Positions 13,178 to 26,900 of a DNA stretch of 64,000 bases are shown here, piece by piece. The position numbers were made by a program, and so were the translations under genes. The stretch is from Takakia lepidozioides (Eukaryota > Plantae > Bryophyta). The stretch lies in NCBI GenBank assembly GCA_030704615.1, contig CM060732.1:41664001-41728000 (forward strand), in the 5' to 3' direction. A model generated the notes under the pieces. The model made no database searches. It was not told the origin of the DNA and worked only from the letters and a program-made list of their open reading frames with translations. Every line of letters starts with the position of its first letter. The first letter of the stretch is position 1.

Positions 13178-13441
13178 GCATGAATCTGCTGGAGAAGCAG
13201 GTCCTATAGGCGAGGATTGCAGGAAGAGGGCCTATTACCGTGGACAAAACAAAGGAGGCCACCATGCACCATGTCTGCAATGCGTGCCAAAAAAGAGGAA
13301 TATGTAAACATGTCAGATTTGAGCTCAGAATGATTGACACAGTTTATTTCAATTCACAGAGAGACGCTTACAATGAATCGCAAGTGCATTTGCCCTCACA
13401 AGTGAACGAAATGTATATGTTTGTCATAAAATGAAAAGTCT

Positions 13442-16400
13442 TCACACGGCAACCTGGAAACCAGCATGGGAAGCGGGCATGGCTCGTATGTGTTCAAAGA
13501 GAAGTTGGCGAGCTCTACGCGAGGTGTCCCGCTGCAGAAGGGTGATGACTTCTCCGTAGCCTAGTGTGGCTTGGTGAATGAATTGGTCTCTCTTACCGTC
13601 GCAACACATAATTACAAGGTATATGTAATATTGATGCTTGCAGGGGACCCACTTCCCTCTCATGCCGAGAGCGCCTCACGCATCGTTACAAAATCCGGAC
13701 AAGTGCACGATGGGAAATTCCCAATGGTAACTTGATATTCTTTGGCATGAAGAACTGAGCCAATTGACAGCACTGTGTAAATCCGTCCATACCCCGGGGA
13801 AGGGACTTCGGTGATACGAGCCACCGTAGCCTGCAAAATTCTAGCCGATTCCATCTTGCATTCGTGATCTGCACCCGAAGCAACACGGCGCACTGTTTTT
13901 CCATCTCTTTTGTTGGGTGGGAGTTGGCACCGGGTGGAGGCATTGTCGGAGCATGTGGCACATCTGTGCCGACAGTGCATAAGGGCACCACCCGGGACCG
14001 TGCAAGACAAAACCCTCCCTCCTCCAGCATGCTTATCTCGGTTGAGGACAGCGATGTCCCAATTTGCACAGGCCAAATTGCGGGGGGAGGGGGCTTCATT
14101 ATCACGGAAGGACGAACTGTTCCCTTCACGCATCGTGCCATATCGTCTGGGCAGAACCAAAACTTGTGCTCTTTGACTCCCCACTATGATAAGGTCGGAA
14201 CAACCCTGTGAATGTTGGAGCTGGAGTCCCCCTGGAGCCTTTGCATATTTTTGATTTGCATTTCTTGAAAGAGGGGGTCCGAATTGCCATGCAAGCCACT
14301 CTAGATCCTGGTGGGGTGCGTTCTATATGCCAGTCACTATCAATGCAATCAGATTCCTGCACCATGGCCACCACCTCCTCCAATGGGATTTCCGCTGCTA
14401 TGCTTGCATGTTCCGCACCTGCTCCACAGGAGGAGGACCCACCTGGGAAGGGGCCGGCACAGGACTTAGTCTGCACTGGAGACACCTTTGGCACAGAGAA
14501 ATTGACCCTGTCTGGCCTATGGGAATCTCCATCTGACCCTGGAAGAGTGTTTAATTTCCTTTTGCATGATCCAAATCTTTCCTCGCCTTCCAAATGGGGG
14601 AGCCTGGATTGCAGAGGGAACCTTCAGTGCACCTGTTTAGAGCTCTGGCCATCTTTGACGGGTCTCCGGACCTACTCGCAGCCCTTAGCATCAACAAAGT
14701 CGAATCGGGGCCCTTCCCTCCACCCCGTCCCATCAGAAAATTGCGGTACCTGGTTTGTTGTGTAAGTGCCCGCCACCATGTCATCAGCAGTGGCCACATA
14801 CAAGTCACGACCTGCTTTGGTAGACTGTTGCATCCAGGCGTTGTGAACAGTCTCTGCCAAATTACACGATGGCATGTCGGCCAAGTCCTCCAAGGACATG
14901 TCCTGCAGGAGGCATTGCATGGAAATGTGAGGAAGGAAAAGAAATGGTAGAGGTTATTCAAGTGACAATCGAACAACCCCAAATGAACAGGCACGATGCA
15001 AAGTGCAATTTGTGTTTAAGGAAAACTTGTGAGGCTTACCGTCGTCATGAAAGCTCCCCCCTGTCTGTACCTGAAGTGCCAGAAAACCAACCAGTCCTCC
15101 AACTCCTTCAGGTGGATACCTGTAGCAGCACCAGCGGAGAACCACCAAGCCCGGATTGCCTGGTAAGTGCTCTCTGCTTCTCCCATTGAGGTGGCATTCT
15201 TGTACTTCAGACAGAGCCTTCTATGCTCCAACTGAAGGTCAGGGCGAATGCAGCGCTTTGTATGACGTGCCAGAGATTGACTCCAATGGAAGAGGCATGT
15301 GCGCTCCCTATTTTCCATGGGGACCTTAGGATCCCCAGAACCAACACGCGCCGCACTGCATTGAAATTTGCCTGTGCACTATCAGCCATGAAGCCCGCAA
15401 AGTTTGTGTTCTGTATTCCATTGCGCTGCATGACGGTCAGGAGGGACTTCCACATGAGCATCTGGGATTCAGTGTCCTCCGACTGCATATCACAAATTGC
15501 TATGGAGAGCACACGCTGGTACGCTGGATCATACACATGGCACGCCATGGTTGTCCAACCCTTCACCCGTTTGCAGTGATCAAACATTAACCAACATTTA
15601 GCCAAATCTCCTCCAGGTTGCATTCGGCGGACAATGCTCACACCACTGCCTTGGCCCACAGCGGACATCTTGAACAAATACACTTTGACGAGCCCTGGCC
15701 AGGGAACATACTGTTTTGAATGAATTCATAGCGACTCCTCCGTTTGAGGTCCATAATGTTGTCCATGAATCCAGCAGTGCCTGTGCCCATTCTGAGTGCA
15801 TTCACCTGGTTTCGAATATTGGGAGAGCTCAACACGGAGAAATGGTCCATGACTGCCTCAAGGGAATCTGCATCCAGCATTGGCTGTGTCGAATCCCCTT
15901 CACCCAGTATGTGTTTTCCAGGAATGCCTTGCTAGCTGCAAGCGCTATAGCAGAAGGTGTTGCAGAAGGGGCATTATGGAACTCTTGCTTCAGTAGATTT
16001 CTAGCGATGTCCACGCTATCCCTGCAACTCCCTTTGGACACAGGATGCTCGTGTGCACCCATATGAATGCAGGCACGAGTCATTGTCTTGCATCGATGTG
16101 CCACCTGATACATACGAGCGTGGCAAACAGAAACACAGGACGGGGAAAGTTTGCAGAACCTGCACACAAAAGTATTGGTATTGGGAGGTGCAAGCCCTGG
16201 GGTGAAAGGATTCAGGGGCACACCTTCCCACTCACTTTCGTTTGGCTGAGCGCTGTTTCTCAGCCGAGGGCAAGAAATATTCAGGCACTTGCAATGCCCA
16301 ACGCAAACCGACCTCCGAAATTTCAAGCCAATGTCGTTATGGATGTTCGAAGTTTTTGTCCTGCACCAAGGATGTCCGTCATGTTTCTTGTCCATGCCCT

Positions 16401-17058
16401 GCAGAAGCCCAGCCAGTCCACTGGAAGACGTGGGAGGGTTGAGCTCAAACAAGATGTCCCCATCAAACTGAGCTGGCACGTATTGAACACGTTGCACTGG
16501 AAGGGACTCCCAATCAACAAAACGTAGCTCGCTCTTGCACCCAGGCACACCTGCGAGGGCTTTCAATTTTGGAATGACACTTGTTATCTCGCGCAATTCG
16601 TCATCATCCAATAAGGGAGTTTGCACTGGCGGAGGAATCTCAGAAACATCCTCCGAGGACGAGTCCGAAAGAGTAACGAAGGTAGTGGATGTGCTCACCT
16701 CTTGTTTCACAGGAACTGTGCCCTTCTGTTGCACGACCGATGCTGCAGTGCCAGGGGTAACGACTGATCCTGCTGATTGTCTTCTCTCTTTTCCAAGGAC
16801 ACGGTATGTTCCTGGAAGGACTCTCCACTTCCTTCCACACTCGCCAACCAAGGGTTTCTCCAAGTGCCCAGAATCCAAATTCCCATCCTCGTCATACACC
16901 TCTTTCTGAACAAGCAGAGAACCCAACTCCAGCGGGAACACTGTAACCAGCTCATCCTCATGAACAACTGCATACCCATCGTCGTCTGCAGTGGCAGTCA
17001 GTGGAAGAGTACCTGCATTGGAATGGAATCGAGCGAGTGCATCTCGCTCCCTCGACAT
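13442..17058 (-). CDS. MULE transposase (GCM/WRKY-like Zn DNA-binding domain + DDE + Cys-rich finger + SWIM); several frameshifts, at least one intron (15039-14903)
   Basis: GCM-like HDGHPWCRTKTSN...CVGHCKC..C...CRFC..C...HMGAHEHP. DDE: WLMFDH, FMADSAQANFNAVRRV, CLFHW, SCNLAETVHN. SWIM: FPSCTCPDF...WVPCKH. Frameshifts at ~15905, 15680, 15340, 14770-14590, 14170 and 13665. Confidence 0.85.
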
Positions 17059-17999
17059 GTTTTCCAGCACTGAACGAAACTGCCGATGCAGAACGGAATC
17101 CCCGAACTGAGAGCCCGTAATTATCGAAAGTGGAAATACCACCAGCAAACTGAGGTCAACAAGGGTAGCACCAAACCAAGGCTGCCGGCGATGCATGCCA
17201 AGGATGTAGGGATGACGTGCACATTCACCTCCCACCAACCAGAAAAACGGTTTTGAAAGACCAGAGCCACAAGAAGCCGTACTGTTTTTGGATGGAAAAC
17301 AAACCCTGAAATTGACATGAAACCATCCATTATGAAATGACGGCAACAACCCTGGAGAGCAGTAAACAGGAAGATCCGATTGTAATGAGATTGTGTTGCG
17401 CCAGAATAGCACAGAACAAACACCGACACTTCAAGAGATACCTCGCACGAATGTGTGCAACACATGGTCATATCCGACACAATCCTTTATACCGAATGAC
17501 CCCATGGGGACGGTCACGGCATAAAAAAAACCACAGGGCATGCAGCACAACACACGTGGATGCATATGTGAAGCATAACAATTATTGCGAATCTGGAAGA
17601 ACTGCTCGGAATTGAAAAAGCACTACATTTCTACGGCGCATTCGAATTTGAAAGAAGGCAAGGAGGCCGCCATGTATTGGCAGGCGGCGAAGCACATCTG
17701 ACATATATCGCAAATGCATGCAACGGATATTCTTTTTCTTCGGCGCTTTATTAGCTGGGTAATACAAAGACGACAAAATGGATGAATTCCGTTCGCACAC
17801 AATATCAACACCCGCATCCAAATACGGTTGACAACGTCCATTTTTATTTTTGTTACATGCGATACCAGAACTTGTTGCAAACGTCAAACTGGAGAGCTCC
17901 AGGGGCATCGTGGGGAGCCCTTGTTTCCAGCGGAGGAGAAAGAGAAGGAAGTCATTATACTTCACGAGTTCTAGAAACAGGAATAGAGCTAGATATAGA
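17059..17999. promoter_or_regulatory. Putative bidirectional promoter and 5'UTR region between the head-to-head transposase and ParB-MTase genes
   Basis: Divergent ATGs at 17058 (-) and 18000 (+). Position-based only. Confidence 0.45.
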
Positions 18000-20900
18000 A
18001 TGAGGATGGAAAGAGTGGAGGAAGAGGAAAAGGAGGAAGAAGAGGGAATACAGGAAAGTGTGGCGATGGAGGAGCAGGAATCTGGAGAAGAACAACAACC
18101 CACCATAGTTCCAGGAACAGGCGAGGAGGACACTGCGTCTGAGGGAGAGACAGACGACATGGAGGAAGATGTTGACACTGGCCTCACGAACGATCTGACC
18201 ACGGGAAAGAGGAAGGGGGAGAGGCTCACCTACATAGTCGGCGAAGAGAGCAGCCCCAAGCGGAAAGCGTCCCCGGCAACTGGGGAGTCTTCTCGAGTAG
18301 CTACGAAAAAGGTAAAATCCACACGACCCATATTTGTGAAGAATTCGGCTTTGAATGGCAGGTATTTGTGAAAGAAAGAACCATTGGTCTTGCAAAATTT
18401 GGTCTTGATGTCTGTTATGTGAGGGTGAAACGAACCCTTCACTGCCAGCCCAGACAGTGTGCGGCAACGCACACTGTTTGAGCTGAGCATTTCAATGTTT
18501 CTGGGTGCAAAATTTGGACTTCAGGGGCACCTGTGTGAGTGTGAAAAGAACCCTTCACTGCCAGCCCAGACAGTGTGCGGCAACGCACACTGTTTGAGCT
18601 GAGCATTTCAATGTTTATGGGTGCAAAATTTGGACTTCAGGGGCACCTGTGTGAGTGTGAAATGAACCCTTCACTGCCAGCTCAGACAGTGTGCGGCAAC
18701 GCACACTGTTTGAGCTGGGCATTTCGGTGTTTCTGGGTGCAAAATTTGGTCTTTGCTGTCTGTTATCTGAGGTTGAAATGAACCCTTCAAAACCAGCTCA
18801 AACAGCGTGCGGCAACGCACAATGTTTGAGCAGACCTTTTCAATGTTTTAGGGTTCAAAATTTGGTCTTGATGTCTGTTATGTTAGTGTGAAATGAACCC
18901 TTCACTGCCAGCTCAGACAGTGTGCGGCAACGCACACTGTTTGAGCTGAGCATTTCAATGTTTCTGGATGCAAAATTTGGACTTCAGGGGCACCTGTGTG
19001 AGTGTGAAAAGAACCCTTCACTGCCAGCTCATACAGTGTGCGGCAACGCACACTGTTTGAGCTGAGCATTTCAATGTTTCTGGGTGAAATATTGGACTTC
19101 AGGGGCACCTGTGTGAGTGTGAAAAGAACCCTTCACTGCCAGCTCAGACAGTGTGCGGCAACGCACACTGTTTGAGCTGAGCATTTCAATGTTTTCTGGG
19201 TGAAATATTGGACTTCAGGGGCACCTGTGTGAGTGTGAAAAAGAACCCTTCACTGCCAGCCCAGACAGTGTGCGGCAACGCACACTGTTTGAGCTGAGCA
19301 TTTCAATGTTTCTGGGTGCAAAATTGGACTTCAGGGGCACCTGTGTGAGTGTGAAATGAACCCTTCACTGCCAGCTCAGACAGTGTGCGGCAACGCACAC
19401 TGTTTGAGCTGAGCATTTCAATGTTTCTGGGTGCAAAATTTGGACTTCAGGGGCACCTGTGTGAGTGTGAAAAGAACCCTTCACTGCCAGCTCAGACAGT
19501 GTGCGGCAACGCACACTGTTTGAGCTGAGCATTTCAATGTTTCTGGGTGAAATATTTGGACTTCAGGGGCACCTGTGTGAGTGTGAAAAGAACCCTTCAC
19601 TGCCAGCCCAGACAGTGTGCGGCAACGCACACTGTTTGAGCTGAGCATTTCAATGTTTCTGGATGCAAAATTTGACTCCAGGGGCACCTGTGTGAGTGTG
19701 AAAAGAACCCTTCACTGCCAGCCCAGACAGTGTGCGGCAACGCACACTGTTTGAGCTGAGCATTTCAATGTTTCTGGTGCAAAATTTGGACTTCAGGGGC
19801 ACCTGTGTGAGTGTGAAAAGAACCCTTCACTGCCAGCCCAGACAGTGTGCGGCAACGCACACTGTTTGAGCTGAGCATTTCAATGTTTCTGGATGCAAAA
19901 TTTGGACTTCAGGGGCACCTGTGTGAGTGTGAAATGAACCCTTCACTGCCAGCCCAGACAGTGTGCGGCAACGCACACTGTTTGAGCTGAGCATTTCAAT
20001 GTTTCTGGGTGAAATATTGGACTTCAGGGGCACCTGTGTGAGTGTGAAAAGAACCCTTCACTGCCAGCCCAGACAGTGTGCGGCAACGCACACTGTTTGA
20101 GCTGAGCATTTCAATGTTTCTGGGTGCAAAATTTGGACTTCAGGGGCACCTGTGTGAGTGTGAAAGAACCCTTCACTGCCAGCTCAGACAGTGTGCGGCA
20201 ACGCACACTGTTTGAGCTGAGCATTTCAATGTTTCTGGGTGAAATATTTGGACTTCAGGGGCACCTGTGTGAGTGTGAAAAGAACCCTTCACTGCCAGCC
20301 CAGACAGTGTGCGGCAACGCACACTGTTTGAGCTGAGCATTTCAATGTTTCTGGATGCAAAATTTGGACTTCAGGGGCACCTGTGTGAGTGTGAAAAGAA
20401 CCCTTCACTGCCAGCCCAGACAGTGTGCGGCAACGCACACTGTTTGAGCTGAGCATTTCAATGTTTCTGGATGCAAAATTTGGACTTCAGGGGCACCTGT
20501 GTGAGTGTGTGAAAGAACCCTTCACTGCCAGCTCAGACAGTGTGCGGCAACGCACACTGTTTGAGCTGAGCATTTCAATGTTTCTGGGTGAAATATTTGG
20601 ACTTCAGGGGCACCTGTGTGAGTGTGAAAAGAACCCTTCACTGCCAGCCCAGACAGTGTGCGGCAACGCACACTGTTTGAGCTGAGCATTTCAATGTTTC
20701 TGGGTGAAATAAATTTGGACTTCAGGGGCACCTGTGTGAGTGTGAAAAGAACCCTTCACTGCCAGCCCAGAACACGTGGTGCGGCACAGCACCGACCTGT
20801 TTTGGCAGCAGTGAACGCATTTCATGTTTCTCTGGGTGCAAAATTTGGACTTCAGGGGCACCTGTGTGAGTGTGAAAAGAACCCTTCACTGCCAGCACAG

Positions 20901-23900
20901 ACAGTGTGCGGCAACGCACACTGTTTGAGCTGAGCATTTCAATGTTTCTTCTGGATGCAAAATTTGGACTTCAGGGGCACCTGTGTGAGTGTGAAAGAAA
21001 CCCTTCACTGCCAGCCACTCAGACAGTGTGCGGCAACGCACACTGTTTGAGCTGAGCATTTCAATGTTTCTGGGTGAAATATTTGGACTTCAGGGGCACC
21101 TGTGTTGGCGTGTAAAAGAACCCTTCACTGCCAGCCCAGACAGTGTGCGGCAACGCACACTGTTTGAGCTGAGCATTTCAATGTTTCTGGATGCAAAATT
21201 TGGACTTCAGGGGCACCTGTGTGAGTCTGAAATGAACCCTTCACTGCCAGCCCAGACAGTGTGCGGCAACGCACACTGTTTGAGCTGAGCATTTCAATGT
21301 TTCTGGGTGAAATATTTGGACCTCAGGGCACCTGTGTGAGTGTGAAAATGACCCTTCACTGCCAGCTCAGAAAGTGTGCGGCAACGCACACGGTTTGAGC
21401 TGAGCATTTCAATGTTTCTGGGGTGAAATATTTGGACTTCAGGGGCACCTGTGTGAGTGTGAAAAGAACCCTTCACTGCCAGCCCAGACAGTGTGCGGCA
21501 ACGCACACTGTTTGAGCTGAGCATTTCAATGTTTCTGGATGCAAAATTTGGACTCCAGGGCACCTGTGTGAGTGTGAAAAGAACCCTCACTGCCAGCCCA
21601 GACAGTGTGCGGCAAACGCACACTGTTTGAGCTGAGCATTCAATGTTTCTGGATGCAAAATTTGGACTTCAGGGGCACCTGTGTGAGTGTGAAAAGAACC
21701 CTTCACTGCCAGCTCAGACAGTGTGCGGCAACGCACACTGTTTTGAGCTGAGCATTTCAATGTTTCTGGGTGAATATTTGGACTTCAGGGCACCTGTGTG
21801 AGTGTGAAAAGAACCCTTCACTGCCAGCCCAGACAGTGTGCGGCAACGCACACTGTTTGAGCTGAGCATTTCAATGTTTCTTTCTGGGTGAAATAATTGG
21901 ACTTCAGGGCCCTGTGTGAGTGTGAAAAGAACCCTTCACTGCCAGCCCAGACAGTGTGCGGCAACGCACACTGTTTGAGCTGAGCATTTCAATGTTCTTC
22001 TGGGTGCAAAATTTGGACTTCAGGGGGCACCTGTGTGAGTGTGAAAAGAACCCTTCACTGCCAGCCCAGACAGTGTGCGGCAACGCACACTGTTTGAGCT
22101 GAGCATTTCAATGTTTCTTGGATGCAAAATTTGGACTTCAGGGGCACCTGTGTGAGTGTGAAAAGAACCCTTCACTGCCAGCTCAGACAGTGTGCGGCAA
22201 CGCACACTGTTTGAGCTGAGCATTTCAATGTTTCTGGGTGAAATATTTGGACTTCAGGGGCACCTGTGTGAGTGTGAAAAACCCTTCACTGCCAGCCCAC
22301 AGTGTGCGGCAACGCACACTGTTTGAGCTGAGCATTTCAATGTTTCTGGGTGCAAAATTTGGACTTCATGGGCACCTGTGTGAGTTGAAATGAACCCTTC
22401 ACTGCCAGCTCAGACAGTGTGCGGCAACGCACACTGTTTGAGCTGAGCATTTCAATGTTTCTGGGTGCAAAATTTGGACTTCAGGGGCACCTGTGTGAGT
22501 GTGAAATGAACCCTTCACTGCCAGCTCAGACAGTGTGCGGCAACTACACTGTTTGAGCTGAGCATTTCAATGTTTCTGGGGTGAAATATTTGGACTTCAG
22601 GGGCACCTGTGTGAGTGTGAAAAGAACCCTTCACTGCCAGCCAGCAGACAGTGTGCGGCAACGCACACTGTTTGAGCTGAGCATTTCAATGTTTCTGGAT
22701 GCAAAATTTGGACTTCAGGGGCACCTGTGTGAGTGTGAAATGAACCCTTCACTGCCAGCTCATACAGTGTGCGGCAACGCACACTGTTTGAGCTGAGCAT
22801 TTCAATGTTTCTGGATGCAAAAATTGGACTTCAGGGGCACCTGTGTGAGTGTGAAATGAACCCTTCACTGCCAGCTCAGACAGTGTGCGGCAAGGCACAC
22901 TGTTTGAGCTGAGCATTTCAATGTTTCTGGATGCAAAAATTGGACTTCAGGGGCACCTGTGTGAGTGTGAAATGAACCCTTCACTGCCAGCTCAGACAGT
23001 GTGCGGCAACGCACACTGTTTGAGCTGAGCATTTCAATGTTTCTGGGTGCAAAATTTGGACTTCATGGGCACCCGTGTGAGGGTGAAATGAACCCTTCAC
23101 TGCCAGCCCAGACAGTGTGCGGCAACGCACACTGTTTGAGCTGAGCATTTCAATGTTTCTGGGTGCAAAATTTGGACTTCATGGGCACATTTTTGAGTAT
23201 AAAATGAACCCTTCACTGTCAGCTCAAACAGTCTGCGGAACCGCACACTGTGTAGGCAGAACATATGAATATGGAAGGGCGCAACTTTCGGCCCTCATGG
23301 GCAGATATTTGAGCAGAACTTTTCAATGTTCTTTCCCTGTGTAAATCGGGAACATAGTGCATGTCCGTGAGGATCAATGAACACTTATCTGGCAGCTCAA
23401 AGAACACTTCCCTTTTTATCCCACTTTTTCATGCATCGGTCGACGTTTCATTCCTCTCTTATAAGAATTTGAGTGAACAACCTTGCAGGGGAAAATGCAA
23501 AGTGTGGCGGATGAGGTCCCTCAGGGTCAGGGGAAGGAGACCAAAGATGATGTTGACGATGAGTTTTATGAAAGCAAAGCCGCTGAGATGCTGGGGGGTC
23601 AAAAGGTGAACTCTCAGCTTGTGGTTCAAAGTATGCTTGCTCCTGGTGGGAGGTTGAAGATTCCCCTGTGTAGGTTGGTTTCCATGCCCGTCGTTCGTCC
23701 ACCCCTTGTCAAAGACATTCTCAAGCTGGAGGCCGAGTTTGTTCATGGGTATTTGGATGGATCCGCGGTCTTTTACGTTTCTACTAGGGATTCAAGAGGT
23801 AACGAGCTCCTTGTTGATGAGTCAATCGTCGACTCCTGGGACCCCATTTGGAGACAGGTGAACGAATCCTTCGAACTTCTTCTCTCCAGAAAACCTTCCA

Positions 23901-26900
23901 CCCAGGTATTCTCGGGGAAGATGTTTTACGTTTGGGATGGCAACCACCGGTTGCTTGCATGGATGGCTGTCATTGGGAGGCTGCACTCACAGGAGGAAGA
24001 GTGGCATTACTCTGTTCGATCGATGGTGCTTGATTGTGACGACAACATGATGGGTCTTCTGACGGCAATGAATGATGTGAACAGGTTGGTTTCTCATTGT
24101 ACACGTTGCACTTCTGGTTCCGTTCTTCCTTGATTGAAGTCCTTGAATTACATTCTGAAATTCAGATATCATTCTGCAGAGGGACGGAGACATCGCATGT
24201 CAAAACGAGTCTGGTTCACACACTGTATAGGATACAAAGGATCGGGCAGATGCCCTTGACCAACTTCAAGACCATCCTTTCGGCAGAGATGTATAAGAAA
24301 TGCGAAAGCTCCAAGACTTCGGAAACATGGTACTCGTTGACCCGTGAGGCTTTCATGGAGTACATGTACACGGTGAGATACATCTTCCTTCATCTGGCCT
24401 TTCCATATTCCTGCTTCCACATGTTTGTTTCTCTCTGTCTCCCTTGACCTTGGATTGATGCAACTCTCTTGCATTCCCTTGCAGCAAGACATTGCAGATG
24501 CAGGGGAGCGTGGCAAACTGGAATACTACAGCTCTACCCCTGAGGAGAGAAGGACAGCAAAGGGAGTTGAAAGTCACATCCAGAAGGAGATGAACGCTAC
24601 AAGAAGGACAATAATGAGTGCTTTTGTGAAGCAGTTGAGAATGGCCGACCCATCATTCGGGCCGCAGTTTCTGCTGGAGATAAAAAACCATTATAACAAG
24701 CCAGGCAAGCCGGAGATGGCCCAGGAGAAGTTGCACAGGTTGTCTACCGCCGTCGTGTCTTCTGAACAGAAGGTGAAGTGGCTGCAGATATGGAACTCCG
24801 ATCCCACAGTTAGGGATACCCACATGTTCCCAAGGCCAGAGAAGGAGAAGAAGACCCAGCGTGTCGTTCCTGTCAGTGACAATGTGCTGGACAACTGGCT
24901 TCACAAGGCCACTTACTGGAGCCAGGTGTGATGTCCTCTCGTATCTCACTTTCTTTTCTCTTTTCCTGTCCTTCTTCTCTTCCCATTGCCTCTTACATTC
25001 GCTGTGACTGTTTTTGGGTTCATTCTTCCATTTCAATTTTTTTGCAGTTGGAAGAAAGGGCCCGATCGGTTCTGCATACTCAGCTGGCTGACTATGGCAT
25101 CACTATGACAGCTCCGAAGGTCTCCTTCGAAGCATACATGAGGAAATGGAGAGCCACAGTGTGGCACTCTGGTTTCTTTAGAGAGTTCAGCAAGGAGGGT
25201 GGCATCAGTCGAACAAATGAGCTTGACCAGCAGGAAAAAGGAGAGGAAGCCTGGAAACGATGCCTTTACAGGTGCACACCCTTGCACTCTTTGCTTGTGT
25301 TGTGGTTGCAATGTGTTGTGTGGCATACTGTTTAAGGGGGTCTTCCTGGTGTGTTTGAAAAAGCTGGGACACAATATGTGCATTGGATAATGAGGCGGGT
25401 GTCTGTTCGTGCAGGTACATTAAGTTTGTTCTCCTGGAAGAGAATTGCTTGGACAAACATCCAGATTTCGTGGACCTTTGGCTTGTCCCTGCTGGCAACC
25501 AGACCATGTTCACTGCTGGGATCTTGCATGACTGGGGTCCGGACCATCTTTCTTCTTGTGGTTGGTATTTGGATTGCCCTCCTTCAGAGACCCCAGCTGT
25601 AGAGTTGTCTTTGAGGAGAGAGAATGACCGTATTGCAGCCACTGCCGCAGCAGCGGACCTCGACATTCATGAGCGTAATCTGAGGACTCTTGCAGAGAAG
25701 GAGCCTCCCGCTCAGGATACCCCGGGTAGAGGAAGAAAGGCAAAGGGAAAAGATGTTGCTGGTGTGTTGTGGGGACGGGAAGGGGTAGAGGGAAGGTGGC
25801 ACAAGGGCAGGGAAGTGTTGCAGCTATTGGCCCTGTGGAGCATGTCCAGCAGACTCCACCGCATGGTAGGGGATCCGGGAGAAAAAACAAGGGTGTGGTT
25901 GATCCCAAGGACCCGTACCATGCAGTGGAACATCCCACGAGGGTCATTCGTCCAACCAGGTTGGAGATTGCCAACGTCGGGTTCCTTGCCATGATGGAGT
26001 CGAAGAAATCTGATTACAAGGGCGAGCCATCACCAGTGTGGGAGAGGATTGTCGAGTTCCTCAGCACGGTGCGTGTTCTCTTTGGGTTCTGTGGCTTCTG
26101 CTCTCTTTGTCTGCTGTGGGCATGGATCGTTTATAAACTTGTCAGAATTCCATTGTATTTTTGTTTGCAGGCTAAAATGACCAAATCGTGGGTGAACGGG
26201 AAGGAGAAGCCATATGCAGCGGAACTCATCATCTTGGACATCCCTGATGGGTTGGCAGTCCCGGATATCCCACCATCGGGTGCTTGTCCGGGTTGGAATG
26301 CATTTGATGAGCGCTACTGGCGGTGGGTTTTTTCCTTTTGCAACTTCTTCCTTTCCGATGCAGGTGTTTTGGTTCTCATCCAGTCCATCGATGTTCGGTG
26401 TCGCCGTGCCCTTGCCAGCTATTTGAAAGCCTCGGGCATGAGAGTCCTGAAGACATGGAATTGTGTGAACAGCATGTACCTTACGAAGGGGGATCGTCCG
26501 GGAGAGATGGTGAGTTTCCCTTCTTCTTCCTCTTCTTTTTTGTTCTGGGATTGTGTTGTGTAGGTCGCTCAAACTCATATGTAGGGGCCCGATTTTATTT
26601 TGGTTCTTAGTTCCTTCTGGATGTCATGTTCGCAGACTCGTCTGTTTGAAGCTGTTTGTCTCGTCCGGGTGCATCCACCAACGACTCCGGCCGGCATTAC
26701 GGAGTTTGCCATCACTCACGGGGGCAAGTTCATAGATGACAGGACAGATCCTCCCACGGATGACATGCATCACAACTACGTCGACAGCAACGTGTGCTTG
26801 CGAAGGGGGAATGGGGTTCCTTGGAGAGGGGCGAGGGAGAGGAGCCCGGCTTTCATTCAAACGATTGTGGAGTGCTGCACCTACACAGACGCCAGAGTTC

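Noticed and set aside
17850-18371. Stand-alone 173-aa acidic gene
   Set aside because: Better explained as exon 1 of the ParB-MTase gene, given the conserved phase-0 donor and acceptor in both copies.
18432-23330. CRISPR array
   Set aside because: The spacers are near-identical to each other (and homologous in copy 2), there are no cas genes, and the context is a eukaryotic intron.
18575-23344. Many short ORFs in the array (MRQRTLFELS..., MLSSNSVRCR...)
   Set aside because: Artefacts of translating a 116-bp repeat whose length is not a multiple of three.
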